Source of the DNA: an uncultured Ignavibacteriales bacterium
GTDB lineage: Bacteria > Zixibacteria > MSB-5A5 > GN15 > FEB-12
Length of the DNA: 64,000 nt
NCBI GenBank assembly: GCA_964464605.1
Contig: CAYXJN010000003.1
Span: forward strand, 186,001-250,000
Reading direction: 5' to 3'
Positions 9,988-18,164 of this stretch are shown here, piece by piece (position 1 is the first letter of the stretch; every line of letters begins with the position of its first letter). The position numbers were made by a program, and so were the translations under genes. The notes beneath the pieces were generated by a model that ran no database searches, had not been told where the DNA came from, and worked only from the letters and a program-made list of their open reading frames with translations.

Positions 9988-10854
9988 CTACTTACCGCGT
10001 TTTTTTGCTTCGTTGCAGGCCTGTTCGAGTTCGATAAAACTCGGACGAACTTCTTCAAACAATGTCCGCCGTGCAAATTCGACTGAGATTACACCGGCGA
10101 CACCTTTGTTGAACGAAAGCAGCGCATGTTTCATGCAGTTGAGATATAAGCCGTTATCGTTGGAGCGATGTTTCAATGAAGCTGCCATCGGCCCGACAAA
10201 TCCGTATGAGCAGAGAATTCCCAAGAATGTTCCGACGAGAGCGGCAGCAACTTTATGCCCGATTTCTTCAGGCGGACCGCCGATTGATTGCATCGTGATA
10301 ACTACACCCAACACCGCTGCTACAATTCCTAATCCCGGAAGTGCATCGGAAACGGAAGAAAGCGCATCGGACGGACGGGCCTCCTCGGCGTGGAGCGCGT
10401 CGATATCGGCATCCATCAGCCCTTCTAAATCATGTGGTTGGACTGAGCCGGAAATAATAACGCGCATGGTATCTGCGAAAAAGGCGAGCGCGTGATGATT
10501 ATGCAGAAACTTCGGATACCGCTTGAAAATGTCGCTGTCTTCCGGATGCTCGATATGATTTTCCAATCCGACGAGACCATCTTTGCGAGCGACATTGAAA
10601 ATTTCGAACATCATTACCAACAGATCGAGATAATCTTTTTTTGCGTAGCTTCCACCGAACATGACCCCTTTGAGCTGGGCGAAAATCCCTTTAATGACGC
10701 TCATCGGCGTCGAAATTAAAAGCGCTCCGATAGCGGCGCCGCCGATAATGAGTACTTCCGAGGGTTGGTTGAGGGCCATAATGACCCCACCGTGCATGGT
10801 GTATCCTGCTAAAACAGAACCAATTACTACGATTATCCCAACAAAAATCATCAT
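9988..10854 (-). CDS. motA: Flagellar stator MotA
   Basis: E..IIGGAAIG, ARKDGL..LE, DALPGLGIVAAVLGV, AAALVGTFLGI and VEFARR motifs. Confidence 0.95.
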   Translation of the reverse strand: MMIFVGIIVVIGSVLAGYTMHGGVIMALNQPSEVLIIGGAAIGALLISTPMSVIKGIFAQLKGVMFGGSYAKKDYLDLLVMMFEIFNVARKDGLVGLENHIEHPEDSDIFKRYPKFLHNHHALAFFADTMRVIISGSVQPHDLEGLMDADIDALHAEEARPSDALSSVSDALPGLGIVAAVLGVVITMQSIGGPPEEIGHKVAAALVGTFLGILCSYGFVGPMAASLKHRSNDNGLYLNCMKHALLSFNKGVAGVISVEFARRTLFEEVRPSFIELEQACNEAKKRGK

Positions 10855-11138
10855 GGTGAGTTTGCTCTTTGTGCCTTGCTTCGGTTAGTATCAAATGTTG
10901 TCTGTTCTTTCCTAATTGTCGTCATAATGAGTGATTTCTGAACTGACTAACTGGCGCAATAATCGGCACTTAATCGGATTTGCGAAAAATGGGGTAAGTT
11001 ATTGCCTGTTCAAATTTTGCACACCGCCGACAACGGTTTATCTTTTTAGAATCAACCTCTCTAAGTATGAGCTTTTGTAACTAGAAACAGGCAATTTTCA
11101 ACTATGTTTTGACGTAATAGCAGATTGTGGGTAAGAGC

Positions 11139-11167
11139 TTGACAGGCAGGTATTCTGGGATTACACT
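11139..11167 (+). promoter_or_regulatory. sigma70 promoter of the tRNA gene
   Basis: TTGACA-N17-TACACT, ending 13 bp before the tRNA 5' end. Confidence 0.8.
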
Positions 11168-11179
11168 GTTAGCCTAATA

Positions 11180-11257
<78 letters not shown>

Positions 11258-11325
11258 AAAACGCGGTTCTCAGATAAACTAAAAGCGTTACACAATTTTA
11301 GGGGCTTCATATACATTGCCAATCA

Positions 11326-12141
11326 ATGGATAAGAAAACGCCGCCAACAACTCTATATAAATTCCGCAGCTGGAATGATCCGCATCATAAAACACTACTG
11401 ACAGAAGGAAAACTTTGGGTACCTACAGCCGCTAGCCTTAATGATCCACTTGATTGCCTTGTTCTCAACAGATATGACTTAATGCCCCACGAAGCTCTTG
11501 TCGAAAGATTCACAGATTTGTTATTAGACAATTTACCAAATCTAAAGATCGAGGAAGCAAGAGCCAAATCGCTTGCGCGAATTGAAGAACTAGGAGTTCT
11601 TGATCCACAACGCAAAGCGAAAGTGCTGAGGGGCTTTGCAAATCACAGCAGAGAAAACTACTGTGTGCTATCATTTGCTACTAACTTCAACAACCCGGTT
11701 CTCTGGTCCCACTATGCAGATAGCCACAAAGGCTTTTGTGTAGGAATAAAACATGAAGTGTTTCACACAACTGTTGAGTCACTTTTTGACAAAACAGGAA
11801 TGCCGTTTTACAACTCTTGGGTCCAGTATGTCTCAGAGCGCCCCGATTTTGTTCCTTCAAATAATGAAAACGCGGAGTTGGAACTATTCTGGTCTCATCT
11901 CACGATGAAAACAATGCACTGGCAATACGAAAATGAATACAGATATCTATTCGGATGTGATCATGCATTTTCAATTACTCTTCTTGCATCCTCAGTAACT
12001 GAGATAATCTTGGGTTCGGGATTGCCAGAAGCAGAACTGAATTCTATTTGCAAGATGGTTGACCTACAATTTCCAGGCGTAAAAATACTCAAAGGTCAGT
12101 TAAAGGGCCTAAGCAATGAAATCGAATTTGTATCATTGTAA
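11326..12141 (+). CDS. DUF2971 domain protein
   Basis: LYKFRS, LNDPLD, LWSHYADSHKGFCVG, V.Y and K..HW.YENEYR motifs. More AT-rich than its neighbours. Confidence 0.85.
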   Translation: MDKKTPPTTLYKFRSWNDPHHKTLLTEGKLWVPTAASLNDPLDCLVLNRYDLMPHEALVERFTDLLLDNLPNLKIEEARAKSLARIEELGVLDPQRKAKVLRGFANHSRENYCVLSFATNFNNPVLWSHYADSHKGFCVGIKHEVFHTTVESLFDKTGMPFYNSWVQYVSERPDFVPSNNENAELELFWSHLTMKTMHWQYENEYRYLFGCDHAFSITLLASSVTEIILGSGLPEAELNSICKMVDLQFPGVKILKGQLKGLSNEIEFVSL

Positions 12142-12169
12142 AGAATTAACGAACAAAAATATATAAACC

Positions 12170-13090
12170 ATGTCCATCCTCTCCACCATTGGTAACACAT
12201 CCATAGTGCAACTTCGCAAAGTTATGCCGCAAGGGAGTGCGCAGATATTTGCCAAACTCGAATGGGAAAATCCGACCGGAAGCATGAAAGACCGCGTCGC
12301 TCAGGCAATGATCTCCCGCGCCGAAGAGGATGGCCGTTTGAAACCGGGTTATTCAATTGTCGAGTACACCGGCGGCAGCACCGGGATATCCCTCGCGTTA
12401 ATCTGTGTGGCAAAAGGGTACCGCATTCAAATTGTGACCTCCGAAGCATTCAGCAAAGAGAAGTTGCTGCACATGACTGCGTTAGGTGCGGAACTCACGC
12501 TCATTCCGAGTGAAGGCGGCATGACGACCAAAAAATTGATTCTCGATATGATCGCTGCCGCCAAAGAAATCAGCCAACAACCCAACACATACTGGACAAA
12601 CCAACTCAGCAATACCGACAGCATAACCGGCTACTACACGCTCGGTGAAGAAATCTGGAAACAGATGGATGGCAAAGTCGATGCTTTTGTTCATTCGGTC
12701 GGCACGGGAGCATCTATACGCGGTGTAGCAACGGTCTTGAAGCGGCACAATCCAAAAATTAAAATCATTGCAGTCGAGCCGGGTGAGTCCCCTGTTCTAT
12801 CAGGCGGGCAACCGGGTCCACACAAGATTGAAGGAGTCGGTATCGGCTACATGCCGCCGTTGTGGGAACCGAGTTTAATCGATGAAATTATTCCCGTCCC
12901 AACCGAAGAAGCCAAAGCGATGGCACGTCGTTTGGCGAAAGAAGAAGGGTTATTCGCGGGGACATCATCAGGCGCAAATGTTGTCGCAGCAATGAAAGTT
13001 GCCGAACGAATGGGACCGAATGCGAGAATTGCGACGCTTATGGTCGACTCCGGCTTGAAATACCTGAGCACGGATGTATTTACAAAATAA
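12170..13090 (+). CDS. cysK: PLP-dependent cysteine synthase family protein
   Basis: IGNT, KLEWENPTGSMKDR (PLP Lys), GTGAS, HKIEGVG, GTSSGAN and DSGLKYLST. The substrate loop is TGGST rather than TSGNT. Confidence 0.85.
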   Translation: MSILSTIGNTSIVQLRKVMPQGSAQIFAKLEWENPTGSMKDRVAQAMISRAEEDGRLKPGYSIVEYTGGSTGISLALICVAKGYRIQIVTSEAFSKEKLLHMTALGAELTLIPSEGGMTTKKLILDMIAAAKEISQQPNTYWTNQLSNTDSITGYYTLGEEIWKQMDGKVDAFVHSVGTGASIRGVATVLKRHNPKIKIIAVEPGESPVLSGGQPGPHKIEGVGIGYMPPLWEPSLIDEIIPVPTEEAKAMARRLAKEEGLFAGTSSGANVVAAMKVAERMGPNARIATLMVDSGLKYLSTDVFTK

Positions 13091-13113
13091 AAGCCCGCGT
13101 GCAAGCGGGCTTT
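13091..13113. terminator. Bidirectional terminator
   Basis: AAAGCCCGC-GTGCAA-GCGGGCTTT between convergent genes. Confidence 0.7.
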
Positions 13114-13133
13114 ATAGTATACACGAGTAATTG

Positions 13134-13511
13134 CTACTTACGCTTCATTTCAACAATCGGCTTAAACCCGCCATAAACCATTCGCTTCATGTCGAAAGGG
13201 AATTTTGTTTTCATTGATTTCATCAGCTTCAACATGCGCGGATCAGTCATCATCTTCTTGTTGGTCTGATCGCGATGTTTCTTATTCCGATACTCCACGA
13301 CCGATGAAATAATTACTTCACCCGACTTGACTTTCACTGCCCGGCCGAATGAAGCGAGCATTTTGTCGTTTACATCGTCAGCAACCCATTCTTTGTAGTA
13401 TACTGCCCCTAAATCTTTGACCACCGCGGCAAATACTTTGGCTATTTTCTTGTACGTTCCGATTTTCTTTTTCGGAATCGAAAGCAGAAAGACGTCTACA
13501 TATCCTTTCAT
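13134..13511 (-). CDS. DUF1428 (YbaA-like) protein
   Basis: YVDVF...P, HRD..N.KMM.DPR and PFDMKRMVYGGF motifs. ATG 13511 follows an AGGAG RBS. Confidence 0.85.
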   Translation of the reverse strand: MKGYVDVFLLSIPKKKIGTYKKIAKVFAAVVKDLGAVYYKEWVADDVNDKMLASFGRAVKVKSGEVIISSVVEYRNKKHRDQTNKKMMTDPRMLKLMKSMKTKFPFDMKRMVYGGFKPIVEMKRK

Positions 13512-13539
13512 GTATCTCCTTTTGAACACCCGGAGGGTG

Positions 13540-13989
13540 CTATCTCATTTTAGATAATTCTGTTTCAAGACGATCGAAGTTCTCTTCGTTTTTCTCAATC
13601 ACAATATGTTTTACTTTTTCATATTCGGCAATTGATTCGAAACGCATGCGAAAGATGACCTTGGTTTTGTCGTCTTGCATGTCGAAAGTTACCGTCACCC
13701 GGAAAATATGCCCGGAAACATGGTCAAACACAAGCCGTTTCGGTTTGACTATCTCGACAAAAATACTTTTGTTCGGATAGTCGGTAGCGTCAGGACCGTG
13801 CATGACAAACTCCCACACGCCACCCGGTTTCAGGTCGAATATATGAAAGGTATTCTGAAACCCGTGCGGACCCCACCATTGCGACAAGTGCTTCGGGTCA
13901 GTCCAAGCTTGCCAGACGAGTTCTCGTGGATAATCGAAAACCCGTGTTGATACGATTTCACGATTATCAGTCGACGTAGTCTCTGCCAT
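13540..13989 (-). CDS. SRPBCC/AHSA1-like (START) domain protein
   Basis: RVFDYPRELVWQAWTDPKHLSQWWGPHGF and MHGPD..DYPN motifs. Confidence 0.9.
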   Translation of the reverse strand: MAETTSTDNREIVSTRVFDYPRELVWQAWTDPKHLSQWWGPHGFQNTFHIFDLKPGGVWEFVMHGPDATDYPNKSIFVEIVKPKRLVFDHVSGHIFRVTVTFDMQDDKTKVIFRMRFESIAEYEKVKHIVIEKNEENFDRLETELSKMR

Positions 13990-13990
13990 A

Positions 13991-14497
13991 CTATTTTACC
14001 TGATCAATATAGGCAGTAAGCTGCTCAAACGTACCGGTCCATCCCATGTTCATGCTGGTATGGTTATCGTCGAAAATCTTTTGTTCAGCCGCGGTTGCCG
14101 CATGAGCCGACCATTTCACGGTGACTTTTGTTTTGCCGTTTTGTTCTTCGAAGAGAACCGTACTCATCATTTCAAGCGGCCAACCCATGTTCATCTGGTG
14201 GCGGGTTGTACCACCCTGTTCATCTGAAAATGAACTGATAAAAACAAGCCGTTCCGGAGCGGTGATTTCTTTGAACAGAAATTTTCCCCACATTTTGTTG
14301 CCATCCGGACCCTCAATGCAATAATGAAACTTCCCGCCCGGCCTTAGATCCATCTTGCTCACGAGTACTTTAAATCCTTTTGGACCCCACCAATGCTTCA
14401 TGTGTTGCTCTTCAGTCCAGACTTTCCAAACCAAATCGCGTGGCGCATCAAGGACACGGCTGATAACAAACTCTGAACCACCTGTTTTCGTTTCCAC
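13991..14497 (-). CDS. SRPBCC/AHSA1-like (START) domain protein
   Basis: RVLDAPRDLVWKVWT..WWGPKGF, DLRPGG and GWTGTFEQL motifs. Confidence 0.9.
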   Translation of the reverse strand: METKTGGSEFVISRVLDAPRDLVWKVWTEEQHMKHWWGPKGFKVLVSKMDLRPGGKFHYCIEGPDGNKMWGKFLFKEITAPERLVFISSFSDEQGGTTRHQMNMGWPLEMMSTVLFEEQNGKTKVTVKWSAHAATAAEQKIFDDNHTSMNMGWTGTFEQLTAYIDQVK

Positions 14498-14514
14498 GAT
14501 ATGTTTCCTTTTCT

Positions 14515-15000
14515 CTACGTAGTCATCTTTGGTAAATATTCAGCAAGACGTCCGATCGTCTGTTTCGCGCCTTCGATTGCGCCGTATGTATCGTTCACTC
14601 TTTTGAGCTCTTCTGCAGAGTCAAATACCGAGCGCATGGTCAGTTTGGTTTTACCGTTTTCCTCTTCAAACGTTACGGTGACATGAAACCTGACCGGTTC
14701 GGTTTCTTCATCACCGGCATGTCGATATACCAGCCGCTCCGGTTTAACTACTTCGATATAGATAATCTTATTGATATAATCGCGACCATCCGGACCATGC
14801 ATGACAAAGCGCCAGGTCCCCTCCGGCCGTACATCCATGCTCTGCGTCGTTGTGGTAAACCCAATCGGTCCCCACCATTGCACAATATGTTTCGGATCAG
14901 TCCATGCTTTCCAGACCAGTTCACGAGGAGCATCGAATGAGCGGGTGACCAGAATTTCCCGGTCTGCCGTGCTTAGAATCGTGTTATGTGTATCATTCAT
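14515..15000 (-). CDS. SRPBCC/AHSA1-like (START) domain protein
   Basis: RSFDAPRELVWKAWTDP..WWGP.GF and GAIEGAKQT motifs. Confidence 0.9.
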   Translation of the reverse strand: MNDTHNTILSTADREILVTRSFDAPRELVWKAWTDPKHIVQWWGPIGFTTTTQSMDVRPEGTWRFVMHGPDGRDYINKIIYIEVVKPERLVYRHAGDEETEPVRFHVTVTFEEENGKTKLTMRSVFDSAEELKRVNDTYGAIEGAKQTIGRLAEYLPKMTT

Positions 15001-15023
15001 ATACGTTCACTTTCAAACTGTTT

Positions 15024-15440
15024 CTAAGCTTGTGATTTTCTCATGGAATCGACGCTCCACATTCCCGCACCGGCAGCGGAGAAATAAAGCCAGATAAAAC
15101 AGAACAATACGGCAGGCGTGCCATGATTGACCGTTGGCCAAAAGCTGGATGGAAAATGAAATTGGAAATACGCTACCGCCATCTCACCTGCCAAAATAAA
15201 CGCGACCGGTCGGGTGAAAAGACCGATCAGCATCAAGCCTCCGCCGACTAATTCGAGTAAACCGCCGATTCCGACTTGCGTCAACAACTCCGCCGTGCTG
15301 TTGTTCGGCGGCATCCCTACCGGGAAGGCGAAAAGTTTTGAAGTACCTGACAGTAAAAAAACGAATGCCGACACAATTCGCAGTATACTGTGAAAATACG
15401 GCGTCAACCCCGACCACTTTGCTCCTATGGATTTACTCAT
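15024..15440 (-). CDS. DoxX family membrane protein
   Basis: LRIV...KLF, ELVGG...GLFTRPVAFILAGEMAVAYF and GAG.WSVD. Start is 15440 (ATG) or 15452 (GTG). Confidence 0.88.
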   Translation of the reverse strand: MSKSIGAKWSGLTPYFHSILRIVSAFVFLLSGTSKLFAFPVGMPPNNSTAELLTQVGIGGLLELVGGGLMLIGLFTRPVAFILAGEMAVAYFQFHFPSSFWPTVNHGTPAVLFCFIWLYFSAAGAGMWSVDSMRKSQA

Positions 15441-15448
15441 GCGCTTCC

Positions 15449-15832
15449 TCACTTTCGTTTATTTCGAGACGGTGCATGTGCGCTTTTTTTACGGGCTCGC
15501 TGCTTTTCCTTCATCTGCAAAACTCGCAGGTAGCCATCCAGTCGGTCAAAGCTTTCTTCCCAAAAGCGACGATATTCTTCAATCCAGCCGAAAACATCCT
15601 TTAATGGAGCCGCTTTGAGCCGGCACGGTCGCCATTGTGCTTCTCGGCTCCGCTCAATCAATCCGGCTTTTTCCAGTACCTTAAGATGCTTAGATATTGC
15701 CGGAAGGGTCATGGCAAACGGCTGAGCCAGTTCATTGACCGAGGCTTCACCCCTGGTAAGACTTGCGAGAATAGCCCGCCGAGTCGGATCAGCGAGGGCG
15801 GCAAAGGTCATGGAAAGCCGGTCAGGTGTCAT
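15449..15832 (-). CDS. ArsR/SmtB family transcriptional repressor
   Basis: FAALADPTRRAIL, AISKHLKVLEKAGLI and AQWRPCRL motifs. Confidence 0.92.
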   Translation of the reverse strand: MTPDRLSMTFAALADPTRRAILASLTRGEASVNELAQPFAMTLPAISKHLKVLEKAGLIERSREAQWRPCRLKAAPLKDVFGWIEEYRRFWEESFDRLDGYLRVLQMKEKQRARKKSAHAPSRNKRK

Positions 15833-15853
15833 ACGTATCTATGTATCGAGCCT

Positions 15854-15913
15854 TATTTTACCTATTAGCTAATTAACTAATAGGTAAAATATAGAATCCT
15901 CTGGTTTTGTCAA
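15854..15913 (-). promoter_or_regulatory. ArsR operator palindrome overlapping a sigma70 promoter
   Basis: TATTTTACCTATTAG-N8-CTAATAGGTAAAATA (15854-15891). The minus strand also has TTGACA-N16-TATTTT. Confidence 0.8.
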
Positions 15914-15939
15914 GAAGGTAAACTGAGAATTGTTAAGAA

Positions 15940-17829
15940 TTATGCGTGTGCTGGTTCTTTGCGGCCGTCCAGCACTTCCCGAAGTGCTGAAGAAAGTAAT
16001 GGTAAATCTAGTGGCTTGGACAAAAACTTGGTAATTCCCAACTCTTGTGTCAGTTCGGCTGAGAGTAGTTCAACCGTGCCGGACATCAGTATTCCTTTTT
16101 GATCCGGCCGCCGTCTGAAAACCTGCTTGAAGGTTTCGATACCGTCGAATTGGCCGGGCAAAACCGTATCCATTAAAATGAGATCTACTTCATTTTTCTC
16201 AAGAAAGGCGAGCGCTTCTTCCCCGTTGGCTGTGCTGTAGACCGTGTAACGAATAGAACGAAGCAACGTCGTGAGCACTTCTCGCTGCATGGCATCATCA
16301 TCTACAATTAATATTTTTTCTGTGCCCTGCAGGACAGTTCGGGTATGCGCTTCATCTATCGTATCGGACGCAGGCGGAAAATAGAGATCGAACCGGGTTC
16401 CCCGGCCAATTTCACTTTGGACATCTATATATCCTTTGTGATCTTTTATAACGGAGTAGACGACACTGAGTCCCAATCCGGAACCGCGTTTATCATTCGC
16501 CTTTTTTGTGGAGAAGAACGGATCCATGATTTTCGGCAGCACGTCCGGCGGAATTCCGGTACCGGTGTCGCTGATACTCAACACGACGTATTCCCCGTCC
16601 GGAATATTTCCGAATGAACCGTGCTTGCCGCTCACTGATACCCTTTGGGTCGAAAGAGTTATCGTGCCTCCGGCAGGCATGGCATCGGCAGCATTCGCAA
16701 TCAAATTAACGATTGTCCGGGTCAACTGTGATTGGCCACCGTTGATTTTCGGAACTCCCGGTTGGAAGTCAGTAACAAACAAAATATGCTCATGCAGACG
16801 GCTGAACTGATCGATGAGTTTCTCGCATACTTTTGCCAGCTCCAGCGCTTTGACGGTGAAATGTCCGCGACGACCGAGCGTCAGTAGATCCTGATTGATA
16901 TCTGATATTTGCCGCGCGGAGTATTCGATAGTTTCGATATACGGGATAACCGGATGTTCCGGAGGCAGCTTTCGCTTGATTAATTCCGGATAGGCAACAA
17001 GCGGCGAAAGCAGATTGTTAAAGTCGTGAGCAATCTGCCCTGCCACCCTGCCGGCTTCATCCAGGCGCTCTGCCCGCTGGGCAAGTTCCTGCATACGCTT
17101 TAGTTCAGTGAGATCGGTAATAGTACCGAAAACACCTTCAAAGTTTCCGTCGGTGTCAAATTTACGCGCTGCCGATACCAAAATCGATTTCTTATTCTTT
17201 TTCGCGGTGATAATTTCGATTTCGTAGGATGAAAAATCTCCCGCTTTTCTATCAACAGTTTTCTCTTTCGCCTGTTCAAATGCTTCGGGAGTCAAAAACT
17301 GGGAAAGATTAACTCCGATTAACGATTCTGCGGAATCTACTTCAAAAATATGCGCGTAGGCGGGATTACAGAATCGGACAGTCTCGTCCGAGTCGACAAA
17401 TCCAACCCCTTGCGTCATATTCATGAACATTTCTTTGTAGCGTTGATCTGATTTATTAAATTGTTCGCGAGTACGCTCGTTGTCGATAAGAGTTTGTTGG
17501 AGTTGCGAAACAGTTTGCGTCAGTTCTTTGGTTCTTTGTTTGACTATTTCATCCAGCGTTTCATTCTGCCTTGCTAATTCTGCCTGGATCCGCTTTCGTT
17601 CTTTGATTTCCTGCTGAACATCAGCTAACCGACGAAATGAGAAAACGAGCGAGCCTATAGCAAAAAGAACCAGTACGAGCGCAAGCTCATCGATTTCGTA
17701 TGCTTCGTGGGAAATGAAAAAAGCGCTTATGTCTTCGTAGACTTCAAAAACATGGCACACAACAGCGATGCCAAATGTAACGCTCAAAAGAATAATGAGA
17801 TCGATTTGTGCGCGCCGCCTGGTATACAT
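15940..17829 (-). CDS. Membrane hybrid sensor kinase (2TM-PAS-HisKA-HATPase-REC)
   Basis: IAHDFNNLL, NLIANAADAM, DTGTG, PFFSTK, GSGLGL, and a C-terminal receiver (ILIVDDD...LMD...KP). Confidence 0.92.
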   Translation of the reverse strand: MYTRRRAQIDLIILLSVTFGIAVVCHVFEVYEDISAFFISHEAYEIDELALVLVLFAIGSLVFSFRRLADVQQEIKERKRIQAELARQNETLDEIVKQRTKELTQTVSQLQQTLIDNERTREQFNKSDQRYKEMFMNMTQGVGFVDSDETVRFCNPAYAHIFEVDSAESLIGVNLSQFLTPEAFEQAKEKTVDRKAGDFSSYEIEIITAKKNKKSILVSAARKFDTDGNFEGVFGTITDLTELKRMQELAQRAERLDEAGRVAGQIAHDFNNLLSPLVAYPELIKRKLPPEHPVIPYIETIEYSARQISDINQDLLTLGRRGHFTVKALELAKVCEKLIDQFSRLHEHILFVTDFQPGVPKINGGQSQLTRTIVNLIANAADAMPAGGTITLSTQRVSVSGKHGSFGNIPDGEYVVLSISDTGTGIPPDVLPKIMDPFFSTKKANDKRGSGLGLSVVYSVIKDHKGYIDVQSEIGRGTRFDLYFPPASDTIDEAHTRTVLQGTEKILIVDDDAMQREVLTTLLRSIRYTVYSTANGEEALAFLEKNEVDLILMDTVLPGQFDGIETFKQVFRRRPDQKGILMSGTVELLSAELTQELGITKFLSKPLDLPLLSSALREVLDGRKEPAHA

Positions 17830-18164
17830 AAGGACTTCTGATTTTGTGTTGCCAGTTACTCTTTACATAAAGGAAGTGTAGTTCTCACTCCGTTACTTTG
17901 CCTGTCCATACGACAGTTGTTACTAAACTATCGGTCAGAGCGCTGACTTCCTTGAGGAAAGGGAAAGTGTTCAAAAAATGAACAGTAAATTTCTCCCTCC
18001 CGATGTCAGGCCTAACAGAGCCCTAATATTCTAAATTGACACCCAAAACGGCAGGGGTATATTTTGGTCTGTCGCCCTCAAGAGACGATGCAGGTCGCCT
18101 CCGGATGGCGGATTTCCGTCTCGAAATTCAATAATTTGACCTACATACTTTAGGAGATGACCGT

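Noticed and set aside
9110..10854. motAB as a Zorya ZorAB defence system
   Set aside because: MotA has canonical length with no long ZorA tail, and no ZorC/D/E-like neighbours are present.
10960..10978. Two CCGATTA boxes upstream of motA as a sigma28 promoter
   Set aside because: No TAAA/TCAA -35 at the correct spacing.
18067..18125. Riboswitch in the fibre-gene leader
   Set aside because: Only short imperfect hairpins, with no aptamer consensus I recognise. An Rfam/Infernal search would settle it.
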